NCBI GenBank assembly: GCA_035293725.1
Contig: DATGMH010000092.1
Location: forward strand, 24,391-88,390
DNA from: Bryobacteraceae bacterium
Lineage (GTDB): Bacteria > Acidobacteriota > Terriglobia > Bryobacterales > Bryobacteraceae
Direction: 5' to 3'
Length of the DNA stretch: 64,000 nucleotides
The notes under the pieces: generated by a model
Databases searched by the model: none
What the model was told of the DNA's origin: nothing
The model's input: the letters and a program-made list of their open reading frames with translations, nothing else
Program-made: the position numbers and the translations under genes
Part shown: positions 54,462-64,000 of the stretch, piece after piece
Numbering within the stretch: the first letter of the stretch is position 1
How the letters are laid out: each line of letters begins with the position of its first letter

Positions 54462-55123
54462 CGATGGATTTTAGCAGAATGACGTCCACGAATGAAGCAG
54501 CTGCCATCGGAGCATCGCAGCAGAAGCATGACGGCGACTCCGTCCTCGGTTCCCCGGAAGCGTGGTGCCACCAAAAGTTGGTGCGCTATTGAAGAAACGC
54601 AGTGACCTTGCCGACCTCGAATCTAATGAGGCGGCGTTCCAGCCGGGGCGACCGGCGGTTGAATATGCTGTGGTACCGCTATGACCTGAGCGGAATTTTC
54701 AAGCCCGCCCAACCAACGGTGAGAAACGTGCTCTCCGTCTCGTCCGACGAACTGATGGCTTGCGTCTGATCTTCGGCCCTACGCAAGAGTGACCCGGTGG
54801 CGCTCGGCCAAAGTGACCCCAGGCCCGGAACAGGACTGGAAATGACGGCGGGATTTGGGATCGTTCATCGGCGCTGGGAGGATTTGTAGGGGATTGAGTG
54901 GGGGAGGCGATATCATCCACGCCGCAGGCGTGCGGTTTGCTTTTTGCCAGCGTCAGCGCGGCTGTAAGCAGACTGCGCAGGATTATCCGCCCGCTCACTG
55001 CGACCGAGATACTATTGGCCCGGGAAAAAGCGGCGGGTCCAACCTCCCTTTTGGGGCCAGCAGAGCCAGGCCAATGGTAGCCGGACCCACCATACGGTTC
55101 AGCGGATGTCCCGTTCGGCCGAT

Positions 55124-56047
55124 TCAGTTGCCCTTCTTGCCTAAGCGCTGACCCGTTGTCGGAGGCTGTTGCGGTGGGCTTGGGGGATTTGGTGGACTCA
55201 GCGCAGCGGCGTCGACCTGCATGTTGAACACGTAATATCGCTGCTGCGGTTCGAAGAGCGCCATGTATGAAACCCCGGGGGGTGTGCCCGGCTGCACGTG
55301 ATAGGCAGCGGCCAGCAGCTTCGCGATGACGTACTTGGCCGGCTCGTTCGTAGCCGTGATGCTCACCTTGGTCCACGGCTTGGCCAAAGCCAGAGTTCCG
55401 GATCCGGCTTGGAATTTGACGCCGGTTTTCTGGGCCACCTGCTGGAAGATGGCGTCGAGCACCTGCTGGGCGACGGTCTGCTGGAAGGCGACGGTGACGG
55501 GCGTGGCGAGGGCCGCCTGAGCGGCTACCGTGTTTCCCTTATTGTCGTGCTGACGTGATGGCTCAACGAAAAATACGCCAGGCTGCGACGAATCTACGAT
55601 GAACGCACCCGGCACAATGCCGGCGGCTTGCGCGGCGGCGATTACTGCATTTAGCGCATTACTTACGCCGAGAGTATCGGCCAGTTTCCCCGTGGATGGG
55701 TCCACCGGCACGCTCACCGAAAATGATCCGCCCTTGGGCACGAGGACCTTCGCGCCTGGGACGGCCGCCTGTTGCGCCGGTGTCATAAGCGAACTGATGT
55801 CCTGGATGTCACCGGCAAAATTGTACTGAAGGTCTTCGTAATTTATCGGAATGGTCGTCAGGTTTTGAAGCTGCTGAATGGCGTCGTACACCGGGCGGCC
55901 GAAGTTTGGGGTGCTGGGATTCACTGTGACGGTGACCTGCTGACCCGATAGCAGTCCAGATACAGCGATGCTAAAAGCGGCGACGCGGGCCGCCCGCCGG
56001 ATGGTCCAGATCCACTCGAAAGTTGTCGATTTTACTGAGGATTGCAT
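55124..56047 (-). CDS. secreted hypothetical protein
   Basis: A start at MQSSVKSTTFEW.. gives the signal-anchor AARVAAFSIAVSGLLSGQQ. The C-terminus is Pro-rich. Overlaps the upstream gene's stop by 16 nt. Confidence 0.55.
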   Translation of the reverse strand: MQSSVKSTTFEWIWTIRRAARVAAFSIAVSGLLSGQQVTVTVNPSTPNFGRPVYDAIQQLQNLTTIPINYEDLQYNFAGDIQDISSLMTPAQQAAVPGAKVLVPKGGSFSVSVPVDPSTGKLADTLGVSNALNAVIAAAQAAGIVPGAFIVDSSQPGVFFVEPSRQHDNKGNTVAAQAALATPVTVAFQQTVAQQVLDAIFQQVAQKTGVKFQAGSGTLALAKPWTKVSITATNEPAKYVIAKLLAAAYHVQPGTPPGVSYMALFEPQQRYYVFNMQVDAAALSPPNPPSPPQQPPTTGQRLGKKGN

Positions 56048-57075
56048 GCTCCACCTCCGCAGGCATACTGCCGCCACGCCTGGTTTCCATTTTTGCCGAC
56101 TCCGTACCAACCGCCGTTCTGGAGGGACAGAGTCAGTGTATCGTTAAAATACTGGGACGAGCCAGCGGACGTGAATAGCGACATGTTCTGGCCGATGGAC
56201 ATAAGGCATGGAACTCTGTTCATCCCGCCGTTTAGTCCATTATAGTAAGCAAGCATCGCTGGCAGCATACCGACATAGTCGTAATCCATCCGGTTGTCGA
56301 AGAAGTAATACCCGACATACCAGCCTCCTCCTGACAACCCACCGCCGCCGACGGCGTAAGCCGAATTTTGATACCAGCAGCTATCCTGGACATTTCCTGG
56401 ATAGTTCTGCCATTCATAAGCTTGGCGGCCCGCCATAGACTTCGATGACTGAATGGCGTCCTCGAATAGCACGACCGTCCAGCCGCCCGGTTGCCCGCAC
56501 TGATCCCACCAGCAGATTGTGCTAGTTGTCTGAGTGGGGCTCAGGTCAGGGGTGTCCGCTGGCTTCGTCATTGTGAGGTTTCCGTTGCCGCCATCTGAGT
56601 TACTCCAGGTGCCGTTAGCTTGGTCGCACCCATTGTTCGTAATTGTCACATTCACGCTTTGGGTTGAGGCAATGTGAATGGTGCCGCAATACCCCGAAGG
56701 GTTTGGGTTCTGACCGGTTAGGTTGAGAGTGGTCGTCCCCACGCCCGCTCCTCCCCAAGTCTGGGTGATTGTGCCCGATACCTGATAGACGACGGAACAC
56801 TCCGCAGGCGACGCCTGAAATGTACCGGTCACATTGTACGTTCCGATCGCCGGGGGATTGTTATTCGAGCTCAGTGATTCAGTCCATCCAGTGTTATCCG
56901 TCCATGTACCCGTGCAGTGGGCGCACGGCACGGGATTGGGCGCGCAGGGCTGAGTGCCCTGCACGGGCGGCGTCTGGCAACCTTGCCCCCACGCCGCAAC
57001 GGAGGCAGCTGAGCAGCAGCCTCCCAGAATTAACCACTTGATGAATATCTTAAAAGTTAACACTTGCACCTCCAT
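56032..57075 (-). CDS. secreted Cys-rich hypothetical protein
   Basis: Signal peptide ..WLILGGCCSAASVAAWGQG and the Cys-rich CQTPPVQGTQPCAPNPVPCAHCTGTW. Gly/aromatic-rich C-half. Confidence 0.55.
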   Translation of the reverse strand: MEVQVLTFKIFIKWLILGGCCSAASVAAWGQGCQTPPVQGTQPCAPNPVPCAHCTGTWTDNTGWTESLSSNNNPPAIGTYNVTGTFQASPAECSVVYQVSGTITQTWGGAGVGTTTLNLTGQNPNPSGYCGTIHIASTQSVNVTITNNGCDQANGTWSNSDGGNGNLTMTKPADTPDLSPTQTTSTICWWDQCGQPGGWTVVLFEDAIQSSKSMAGRQAYEWQNYPGNVQDSCWYQNSAYAVGGGGLSGGGWYVGYYFFDNRMDYDYVGMLPAMLAYYNGLNGGMNRVPCLMSIGQNMSLFTSAGSSQYFNDTLTLSLQNGGWYGVGKNGNQAWRQYACGGGACNPQ

Positions 57076-57302
57076 ATTGAAATTTCACGTGTTTCACAGA
57101 CCTTTCAAGCAAGATTTATAGGCACACCTCCTCTCTTGGCAAGAAATGATCATAAATGTCTGGGAATCGGGGGGAAACGAATCCCTTTTCGTGCGACAGA
57201 GACAACTCAACCGGGAGCGTGCCGGCTTCGCTGAGCTCGGCATCAGATTGGAACAGCCTATTATCTTCGCCGGAATCCGCACTTCGCCCGATGCACGGTT
57301 CT

Positions 57303-58478
57303 TTAATGGCCAGCGCCCGGGCTGAGCGAAGGGGGCACCGGGCCCGGCACGCCAACGGATTGCGGCGGTAACGGCTGCCCTAAGAAGCTTAAGTTCGACC
57401 CTACCGGAAACCACACTGTCGAGGGCGTGAATGGACTTGCCGAAGACATCGACGGGGCCATGGTTTGCGCTGCGGCAGCTGCCGACGACGTGCCCAGGGT
57501 ATTTATACAAATCTTAGCGGCATCTGATGCCGTCGGAGACGCTCCATGTACCAGAGCGACCGTGACGTTCGTGGGGTTGATTTGCTGCGGGCAGGAAAGT
57601 GCGGAAAAGCCTGGTGGTTGGACCACAAAATTCACCTGGTACAATCCAATCTGCCCGGGAGTCAATCCGACAAATAAAAATGGAAGCGCGGGGGCCGCGT
57701 CAGCAGGAACAGTCGCCGATGGCAAGAGCGGAAGAGGATTCACGTAATCAAATCCGATGCTGAATTGTGTCGTGACCGTCGGAGCGGGAGTGGGTGTAGC
57801 TTGGCCTTCAGGCACCAGGGGGCTAGTCGATCCCATCCCCAAAACATACATAACCAGGATCTCGCCAACTTTGGCTGGCGCACTCGCTGATACCGGCGTG
57901 CCATCCGCGTGAGTTATAGCAGGAGTGCAAGTAGCCGTCGGATTTCGGAGGACGGTATCACAGGAGGTGACGATGTGGCTCTTTTCCTGAACAGGTACAA
58001 CGAGGAATGTTTCGCTTGTGCGGCCGTTCTCGGCTATGACCAGCTGCGTAATTTGAGGAACCGGTTGCGCCGATCCCGGATTCGGCACCGCCATGTCGCT
58101 GGGGAGCTGAAGCGTTAGGGAGGTCAGCATACAGTCCGGAGAAGATGCCGTTTGATCTGAGCAGATGTCAGTCTGCATGACCGAAAAGAGGGGTAGTTGC
58201 TTTGATAGCGCGGGAATATTCTGGGTAAGACTCGCCGAAAACCCGGCCAATGTTGTCGGAAGTGGGGCACCGCTGGCCCACTGCCCACGAATGCCCGAAA
58301 GTACCGGGAGAACGGTTTGGGCTCCTGTCAGAAACACTGTGAGCACCTGGCCGGGTGCGGCTTGGATAGGAGTGGGGCTCTGATACCCCGCTCCCGCTAG
58401 GCTCAATGACGATTGGGCGCAAACAGTCGTGCTAAACAGTGCGTACAAAAGAACGCGTCGAAGCATGCTCATCTCCAT
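57303..58478 (-). CDS. secreted TIGR03437-like protein
   Basis: Signal peptide MLRRVLLYALFSTTVCAQS and the family-typical FVGLTPGQIGLYQVNFVVQPP. Confidence 0.6.
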   Translation of the reverse strand: MEMSMLRRVLLYALFSTTVCAQSSLSLAGAGYQSPTPIQAAPGQVLTVFLTGAQTVLPVLSGIRGQWASGAPLPTTLAGFSASLTQNIPALSKQLPLFSVMQTDICSDQTASSPDCMLTSLTLQLPSDMAVPNPGSAQPVPQITQLVIAENGRTSETFLVVPVQEKSHIVTSCDTVLRNPTATCTPAITHADGTPVSASAPAKVGEILVMYVLGMGSTSPLVPEGQATPTPAPTVTTQFSIGFDYVNPLPLLPSATVPADAAPALPFLFVGLTPGQIGLYQVNFVVQPPGFSALSCPQQINPTNVTVALVHGASPTASDAAKICINTLGTSSAAAAAQTMAPSMSSASPFTPSTVWFPVGSNLSFLGQPLPPQSVGVPGPVPPSLSPGAGH

Positions 58479-58511
58479 TAGTCCTTCGATTTCCAGCTTA
58501 GCCTCTTGCCT

Positions 58512-59996
58512 CTAATGGAGGGCAATGCCAGCCGTTCGGTTCGGAGGCTGTGCTTGGGTCAGCGGAGCAGTTGCCGGATTCACTACACCGAGGGGGCGCA
58601 GATCAGACCCAACTGGGTACGGAATGAAGTTCGGCTTGAAGTTTGGAACATTCGCCGTCGCTTGGGGATCTTCAGTGAAGCTCTGGTAGAGGTCGGTTTG
58701 AAAACTATCCTGTCTCACGAACGGAGTTGTTGCCGCCGCGAAGGGGTTCGAAGCGACTGTATTGTAATCTCCCGCCGCATAACAGGCCATGCTGCATCGA
58801 TTACCGGCTGGCCTGACGACCCAAGACGTCGGGTCAATCCCGGTGTTGGTAGTTGCGCCGATCCCGCCCTGGCCGTGAGGAAAATATATCGCCTGAGTAA
58901 TTAGGGGGAGCTGTCGAGTGTTCAGTGTAGAATACGTGAGATACGAAATCCAGTAACCTTGATCTCCCGACACGGATATGCCATTCAGAAATTGATCATC
59001 TGGTCCGCTGTTTACGATTCCACAGCCTCGATCGGATGCGCAGATGAAAACGTTGTTGTAACCGCCATTATTGATCTGAATGCCCATTGCCCACAGACCG
59101 TTCGTATAGCCGGTGGCAGCCAACAGAGGAGCGTAGAAAATGTAGGGCGAAGACGGGCTATTATTCAGGGGAGCAGCGAATGTGGCGAGATTGTAAGGTC
59201 CAGCCCAGTTAACGCCATCCGCCGATTCGTACCGGTCGACCGCCGAAGGATTGTAATTGCTGTCCAATTCCGGCACAAAAGCTTCAAAGAGACTATTTGT
59301 AGCAACAACCCGGCTTCGAGCGCCATGGCCGGTACTAGGATTGACAACCAACGATGGCGAGGAGAAATTGTAGCCATCTGTTGAAATCGCACTGTAATAG
59401 CCAGTGCCGTACAAGTTGACGGCCCCCATAATGATTCGTCCACTCGCATCGACACCGATCGAGGGATAATCCCAGAACCCGGTACTAGAAGGAAATATTG
59501 CCGCAGGTTGGAAAATCCAATTGGTGCCGCTAGAATCGGACGAGTAGCCGTACCAGACATTTCCACCGGGGCCATCAAGTGTGCAAAACACAAACCTGTT
59601 CCGCACGGAATCCCATGCGACATTGACATCTCCCTGTTGCACTCCATTTGGAGCCGTGAGTTGGAATGGCGTGCCCCAGGACGAACCATTCCAGGCCGAG
59701 ACAAATGAATTGAAGGCGTTGGTGTTCGATACAGGAAATTCGGCCCAGCTATGCGCCCAAGTGCTGCCCACTGCCGCCGAGGGCTCCCAACGCCAAGCAA
59801 CCTGGCCGGTACCGCTGACGAGATTGGTTGAGATCACGATAATTACGCCCCCGCTTGCCAGAAGCACGGTAGCCATCACCACTGGAATGGACGCAGAAGC
59901 GAGCCACTTCCACGCCTTCTGCACGAGCAACGTCCCACTCATACGTTTCACCTCTCTTACTTGAAACGGCCTTAGCCGCCAATCAGTTCTTAGCAC
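58512..59996 (-). CDS. membrane-anchored/secreted sialidase-fold (BNR-like) beta-propeller protein
   Basis: TM/signal segment IPVVMATVLLASGGVIIVIS and Asp-box-like STDGYNF and SADGVNW. The start is possibly at 59942. Confidence 0.5.
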   Translation of the reverse strand: MLRTDWRLRPFQVREVKRMSGTLLVQKAWKWLASASIPVVMATVLLASGGVIIVISTNLVSGTGQVAWRWEPSAAVGSTWAHSWAEFPVSNTNAFNSFVSAWNGSSWGTPFQLTAPNGVQQGDVNVAWDSVRNRFVFCTLDGPGGNVWYGYSSDSSGTNWIFQPAAIFPSSTGFWDYPSIGVDASGRIIMGAVNLYGTGYYSAISTDGYNFSSPSLVVNPSTGHGARSRVVATNSLFEAFVPELDSNYNPSAVDRYESADGVNWAGPYNLATFAAPLNNSPSSPYIFYAPLLAATGYTNGLWAMGIQINNGGYNNVFICASDRGCGIVNSGPDDQFLNGISVSGDQGYWISYLTYSTLNTRQLPLITQAIYFPHGQGGIGATTNTGIDPTSWVVRPAGNRCSMACYAAGDYNTVASNPFAAATTPFVRQDSFQTDLYQSFTEDPQATANVPNFKPNFIPYPVGSDLRPLGVVNPATAPLTQAQPPNRTAGIALH

Positions 59997-59997
59997 G

Positions 59998-60732
59998 CTA
60001 CTCCGCGGTTGTAATTGCTTTTCGGCAAGAAATCTGCGGAAGCGCTGAAGGGCAAAAAGAATTCGCGTTTGAATGGCGGGAATTTGGCGGCATGAGTTTT
60101 TCCGGCATTGTGGGAATAATCACAACGTGCTGATCGACGCGTATGATGCGGTGTTGCCTTTCCAATTTGCGTCGCATACGGCTGAAGTTCTCCTTTGAAA
60201 TCCCGAGGAGAGCGGCGAGTTCGTGGTCCTTGAGAGGAAGATGGACGCGAACAGGCCCGCCTGCTGTGGATATCCCTTCAGCCTCAGCGACACGTAAAAG
60301 AAGCAGGATCATTCGCTCTGATGTGGGTAGGGTCTTCAATTCGATCAACTCAGCCAGCGCTTCGTAGAGATCTAGCCGCATCACTTCTGAGAGCAGGTGA
60401 AGGGCTGAGCAGTGCCCCGACACTTTACGATGGAAAGAATCGGCGCTGATGTGGTAGACCTCCACTTTGGTGACGGCAGTTGCCGTCACGGTGGGGGTGC
60501 CCGGGCAGTGCGGCGCCCATTCGATAAACTGCCCTGGCAGTCTGATTTGGACTAGCGTCTCGAGCCCAGAGGGGAGGGTATGATTCAGTTTGACAAGTCC
60601 TTGTTTCAAGAGAAGGACTTCAGATTTCGAGTCGCCCTGCCAAAAGAGGGTCGACCCCTGTTTGTGGGTCCGCGGCGCGGTTGGGCGCAATAGATCCTCC
60701 CATGCCGCAAGTACCCTTTTCCGATCTCCCAT
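59998..60732 (-). CDS. Crp/Fnr-family transcriptional regulator
   Basis: A cNMP-binding-like barrel (STLFWQGDSKSEVLLLKQGLVKL) and the C-terminal HTH LKDHELAALLGISKENFSRMRRKLERQHRI. Confidence 0.8.
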   Translation of the reverse strand: MGDRKRVLAAWEDLLRPTAPRTHKQGSTLFWQGDSKSEVLLLKQGLVKLNHTLPSGLETLVQIRLPGQFIEWAPHCPGTPTVTATAVTKVEVYHISADSFHRKVSGHCSALHLLSEVMRLDLYEALAELIELKTLPTSERMILLLLRVAEAEGISTAGGPVRVHLPLKDHELAALLGISKENFSRMRRKLERQHRIIRVDQHVVIIPTMPEKLMPPNSRHSNANSFCPSALPQISCRKAITTAE

Positions 60733-61032
60733 CGTCCACACGAAAAAAGTTCCCCTGATTCCTGGGTGAGGCCAGCAAATCGATCGCTGAATACCGATCG
60801 TTGGGAGTTGCGGTGAGGCCGCCGGCTTGACCACGACTCGCTTTGGAGCATCTGCGACCGGCGTACATCCGCCGCTCTACTAGTTCAGACATTCCATTCA
60901 GTTGGGTTTACGACAGTCCGAGAAACTTTCGCGAACAGTCGCTCGGGGTGTCGGAAATCCGGGCGTGTCGGTTGTCAATTTTATAGGGATAATCTTTAAT
61001 CAGGGCGTCTCGACGGGTTTCGGAGAGGTGGC

Positions 61033-61599
61033 GTGGATACGCATTGGATCGGCAGCGAAATTAAAGCTGACGTCCTGGTCGACCTCTGCCCACGAGGGTC
61101 GAAGGTGACTGCCAGAGATCTGGTTGCGCAGGCGTTTGCCGAGTGGCGCATTGACCTGTACCGTTATGCATTGTCGATGGGACCGCCACCGGCAGCCGCT
61201 CAGGAGATCACCCAGGAGGCGTTTCTGCGACTGTACCTCGCCCTGGATAACGGAGAGACCATCGAGAGTCCGCGTGCATGGCTGTTTCGTGTTGCACACA
61301 ATCTCGCCGTCAATATCCGCGCGAGGGAAAAACGGCTCGGGCCATGGACGGAAGATTTGGAGGATCGCTTTGTCGATCCTTGCGCTAATCCGGAACGGGC
61401 ATTGCTTGATCGGGAAAAACTTGAAAGGTTGGAGCGAGCTATTGAAGAATTATCAGAGCAACAGCGGGAATGTCTACACCTTCGTGCTGCCGGATTTCGG
61501 TATAGAGAGATCGCTGAAATTCTCGGAATAAGAACCTCGACGGTCAGCGAATACTTGAAAAGAGCGATCGAGCGGCTGCGGAGAGCACGCCATGAATAG
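61033..61599 (+). CDS. ECF sigma factor
   Basis: AQEITQEAFLRLY..PRAWLFRVAHNLAVN (regions 2.1-2.4) and LSEQQRECLHLRAAGFRYREIAEILGIRTSTVSEYLKRAIERLR (region 4). The start may be downstream (GTG ~61106). Confidence 0.85.
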   Translation: MDTHWIGSEIKADVLVDLCPRGSKVTARDLVAQAFAEWRIDLYRYALSMGPPPAAAQEITQEAFLRLYLALDNGETIESPRAWLFRVAHNLAVNIRAREKRLGPWTEDLEDRFVDPCANPERALLDREKLERLERAIEELSEQQRECLHLRAAGFRYREIAEILGIRTSTVSEYLKRAIERLRRARHE

Positions 61600-63247
61600 G
61601 TACAAAACATCACATCCAGACGCGGAGTGCCTGATCCAGTATGCTGATGGTGAACTGCCGAGCCGGGAGGCAGCCCAAGTCCGCACACACCTTGAAGCCT
61701 GTTGGCGCTGTCGCGCAGAAGTCGAAGACATTCAGGAGACCATCAATGATTATGTGCGCTATGAGCAGACGGCATTGGATGCGCCACCTGATCCCCCCGC
61801 ACCCTGGGATAGTTTCTCAATGCGCTTGGATCGCCTAGTCGCAAAGCAGCAAACGCGATGGAACCTTCGCTGGACACGCCTTATAAATGCCGTCCTGCCC
61901 AACCGCAGAGTTCTAGCCAGTGCACTGGCGGCGGCAGGTATTATCGTGTTCGCTGTTATCGAATTGAACCATCCTCCCGCGGTGAATGCGGCGCAATTGC
62001 TGGAGAGGGCTTCGGAAGGGGAAGCCCGGGTTGCGTACCGTCCGCGCCTACGAATCAGAACCCGCACTTACACATTCGTCCGACCTGCAATAATCGGGGC
62101 GAGCCGCGGTGCGGATACCGCTATGGAAGAGCAACTTCGTTCCCTTTTCGTTGAGGCGAAGTACAGTTGGGACAATCCGCTGAGTGCAAGGTCTTTTGCC
62201 GCATGGCGAGCTGCGTTACCGGAACGGCATGATGAAGTCGTGTTGAGCGGTTCGGGTGATGCGGCAGTGTATCAAGTTCGGACGAGCACCCGTTCGAACA
62301 GCTTACAAGAAGCGACGGTGAACCTTCGTTCTAAGGATTTAGGCATAGTAAGCGGCACATTCCGCTTCCGAAGCAGCGAATGGGTGGAGATGACTGCCTT
62401 GCCGGACGAGCCAACTCCATCTTCGGAGGAAGCCAATGCCAAAACGACCGAGACGGCTTCGACTCTCAAGCCCCCCGATCAACGATCGCTTCGAAAATCA
62501 GTTAAGGCTGCCGAGGAACTGCGGGTCATCGCGGCCATCCACAGCGCGGGTGCGGACTTGGGAGAGCAGATCGAGTTGGACCACGATGATGGCGGGAATC
62601 TCGTTCTCACTGCGACCGGTCTGGGTCCAGAGCGACGAGCGGCCTTGCAGAATTCGCTGTCCGCCTTACCAGTATCTGTCCGCTTTCGGGACCCCCATGT
62701 TGATCTTTCAAAGCCGAGTGAGCCACAAGACACTCGCCGTTCTCCCAACCGTGAGGATACTGACTCCCTACAGCTGAGGCTTCAAGAAGCTCTGGGTGGT
62801 GCGACCGGCTTGGCCCGCTTTACCGATCAGGTGCTCGACATCACTGAGGCCATGATGGTTCACGTCCACGATCTGCGGAAACTTGCGGTGCGGTTTTCAC
62901 CTGGAGTGGAAGCTGGTTTTGGTCGCGATGACCGTCTAATTCTCGACCGCCTGAGGGATGACCACGTCACGGTGGTTGTCGCGAAAGCATCGGAACTCCA
63001 GAATCTATTGGAACCCCTCCTGCGCTCATTGCGGGCGGCGGACTCTGTCGTCGTGGAAACGATTCCGAAATCGCCTACTTGGCAAGACGCAACGGAAACG
63101 CTGTTTGCCTCTGCGCGGCAGCTTGATGACGCTGTGACAAGGCTCCTCGCAGGTGGCGGCCCAGATCATACGGGCGACCTCGTCATACAAGTTGAGCAGG
63201 CTGTCAAACAGATGCAGGCGACCGTGGATTGGTATCGGCGGCGGTAG
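61592..63247 (+). CDS. anti-sigma factor (zf-HC2-like N-terminus, one TM, large extracytoplasmic domain)
   Basis: HPDAECLIQYADGELPSREAAQVRTHLEACWRCRAEV and the TM segment VLASALAAAGIIVFAVI. Overlaps the sigma gene by 8 nt. Confidence 0.8.
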   Translation: MNRYKTSHPDAECLIQYADGELPSREAAQVRTHLEACWRCRAEVEDIQETINDYVRYEQTALDAPPDPPAPWDSFSMRLDRLVAKQQTRWNLRWTRLINAVLPNRRVLASALAAAGIIVFAVIELNHPPAVNAAQLLERASEGEARVAYRPRLRIRTRTYTFVRPAIIGASRGADTAMEEQLRSLFVEAKYSWDNPLSARSFAAWRAALPERHDEVVLSGSGDAAVYQVRTSTRSNSLQEATVNLRSKDLGIVSGTFRFRSSEWVEMTALPDEPTPSSEEANAKTTETASTLKPPDQRSLRKSVKAAEELRVIAAIHSAGADLGEQIELDHDDGGNLVLTATGLGPERRAALQNSLSALPVSVRFRDPHVDLSKPSEPQDTRRSPNREDTDSLQLRLQEALGGATGLARFTDQVLDITEAMMVHVHDLRKLAVRFSPGVEAGFGRDDRLILDRLRDDHVTVVVAKASELQNLLEPLLRSLRAADSVVVETIPKSPTWQDATETLFASARQLDDAVTRLLAGGGPDHTGDLVIQVEQAVKQMQATVDWYRRR

Positions 63248-63254
63248 TGAGCGC

Positions 63255-64000
63255 ATGCGGTTCAGACTCGCCATCTTCGCGTTATCGATGGCGCCCCTCC
63301 TCAGGGGAGCCGGTGGCGAGATCGCTCTGTTTGGAACCATCCTGGATCCCTCCGGCGCCGTTGTGCCTGACGCGCTCATCATTGCGTTCAACGACGACAG
63401 CGGTATCAGACGCGCTGCTTCGTCGGATCAGGAGGGGTTCTATTCGATCATCGGCTTGGCTCCCGGCCATTACAAGCTGCTCGTTCGCAAAGAAGGCTTC
63501 CTCACCGCGGCGCGCGTCGGCCTGAATCTCGGGACTCAAAAGAACGCCCGCTGTGATGTCGTCCTGCGGGTTGGACCTGTTGAGGAGGTCGTTACTGTCG
63601 AGAGCGGACCCTCGTTCTTAGAATCCGATTCCGGCGCGTCCGGGACCATCTTGGGGAAAGAACTGATTGATGAAGTACCCGTCGGCCGACGAGGTTTGCT
63701 GGGGCTCTTAGAGTTGATTCCCGGCGTGCTCGTGACCCCCGCGAATACTGGGGAGGCTGGCCAGTTGAGCACCAGCGGACAGCGCCCCAACACCAACTAT
63801 TTCACAGTGGATGGAATCAGTCTCAACACCGGAATCAGCGGTGCTGGCCTACCTGGTCAATTTCCAGGTGGGACTTTGCCATTGATGACCGCACTCGGGA
63901 GCCTCCACAGCTTGGCCCCCCTTAACGACGTTGATGCGGTCCAAGTCCAAACGTTTAATTTCGCTCCAGAATTTGGCCGGATGCCCGGAGCACAAATCGC
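63255..64000 (+). CDS. TonB-dependent receptor with a carboxypeptidase-regulatory-like N-domain (5' part; runs off the window)
   Basis: Not in the ORF track because no stop lies inside the window. MRFRLAIFALSMAPLLRGAG..LFGTILDPSGAVVPDALIIAFNDDSGIRRAASSDQEGFYSIIGLAPGHYKLLVRKEGF..VTVESGP...GQRPNTNYFTVDGISLN. Confidence 0.85.
   Translation, partial: MRFRLAIFALSMAPLLRGAGGEIALFGTILDPSGAVVPDALIIAFNDDSGIRRAASSDQEGFYSIIGLAPGHYKLLVRKEGFLTAARVGLNLGTQKNARCDVVLRVGPVEEVVTVESGPSFLESDSGASGTILGKELIDEVPVGRRGLLGLLELIPGVLVTPANTGEAGQLSTSGQRPNTNYFTVDGISLNTGISGAGLPGQFPGGTLPLMTALGSLHSLAPLNDVDAVQVQTFNFAPEFGRMPGAQI

Noticed and set aside
54699-55376. 225-aa minus-strand ORF
   Set aside because: It overlaps the 3' end of the 55124..56047 gene in another frame, has an Arg/Ala/Pro-rich composition and has no RBS.

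Overview
High-GC bacterial chromosomal segment, all analysis by eye with no database searches. The gene families seen (CarboxypepD_reg-type TonB receptors, TIGR03436/TIGR03437-like proteins, many ECF and sigma-54 regulators) suggest Acidobacteriota; this is inference only. Layout: (1) 1-32 kb is a metal-homeostasis and signalling region. It holds an IS3-interrupted sensor kinase with a sigma-54 activator, cusCBA, a CHASE2 kinase with a second sigma-54 activator that appears to drive three exported Met/Gly-rich proteins, and a csoR-YHS-copA-DUF4396 copper operon with clear CsoR operators. (2) 33-41 kb is a restriction-modification/defence islet: an RHH protein, a frameshifted helicase-less type ISP/MmeI-like nuclease-methyltransferase, a second large N6-adenine methyltransferase with an unassigned N-terminal domain plus a small D..ExK partner, and a DUF262 remnant. 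(3) 41-48.7 kb has XRE and multi-HTH genes and an ECF sigma / anti-sigma / TPR-CHAT / S41 peptidase operon. (4) 48.7-51.9 kb is a decayed mobile-element remnant. (5) 51.9-64 kb is a Crp/Fnr-headed cluster of secreted proteins of unknown function, then an ECF / anti-sigma / TonB-receptor triad. I found no rRNA, tRNA or CRISPR array. The window carries an unusually high number of disrupted genes (frameshifts, one in-frame stop, one IS insertion, one 23-bp duplication, truncations). Start codons are approximate. Top candidates for an undescribed system: the sigma-54 Met-rich module (18.3-26.0 kb), the methyltransferase plus small-partner pair (36.9-40.5 kb), and the ECF-CHAT-S41 operon (43.4-48.7 kb).
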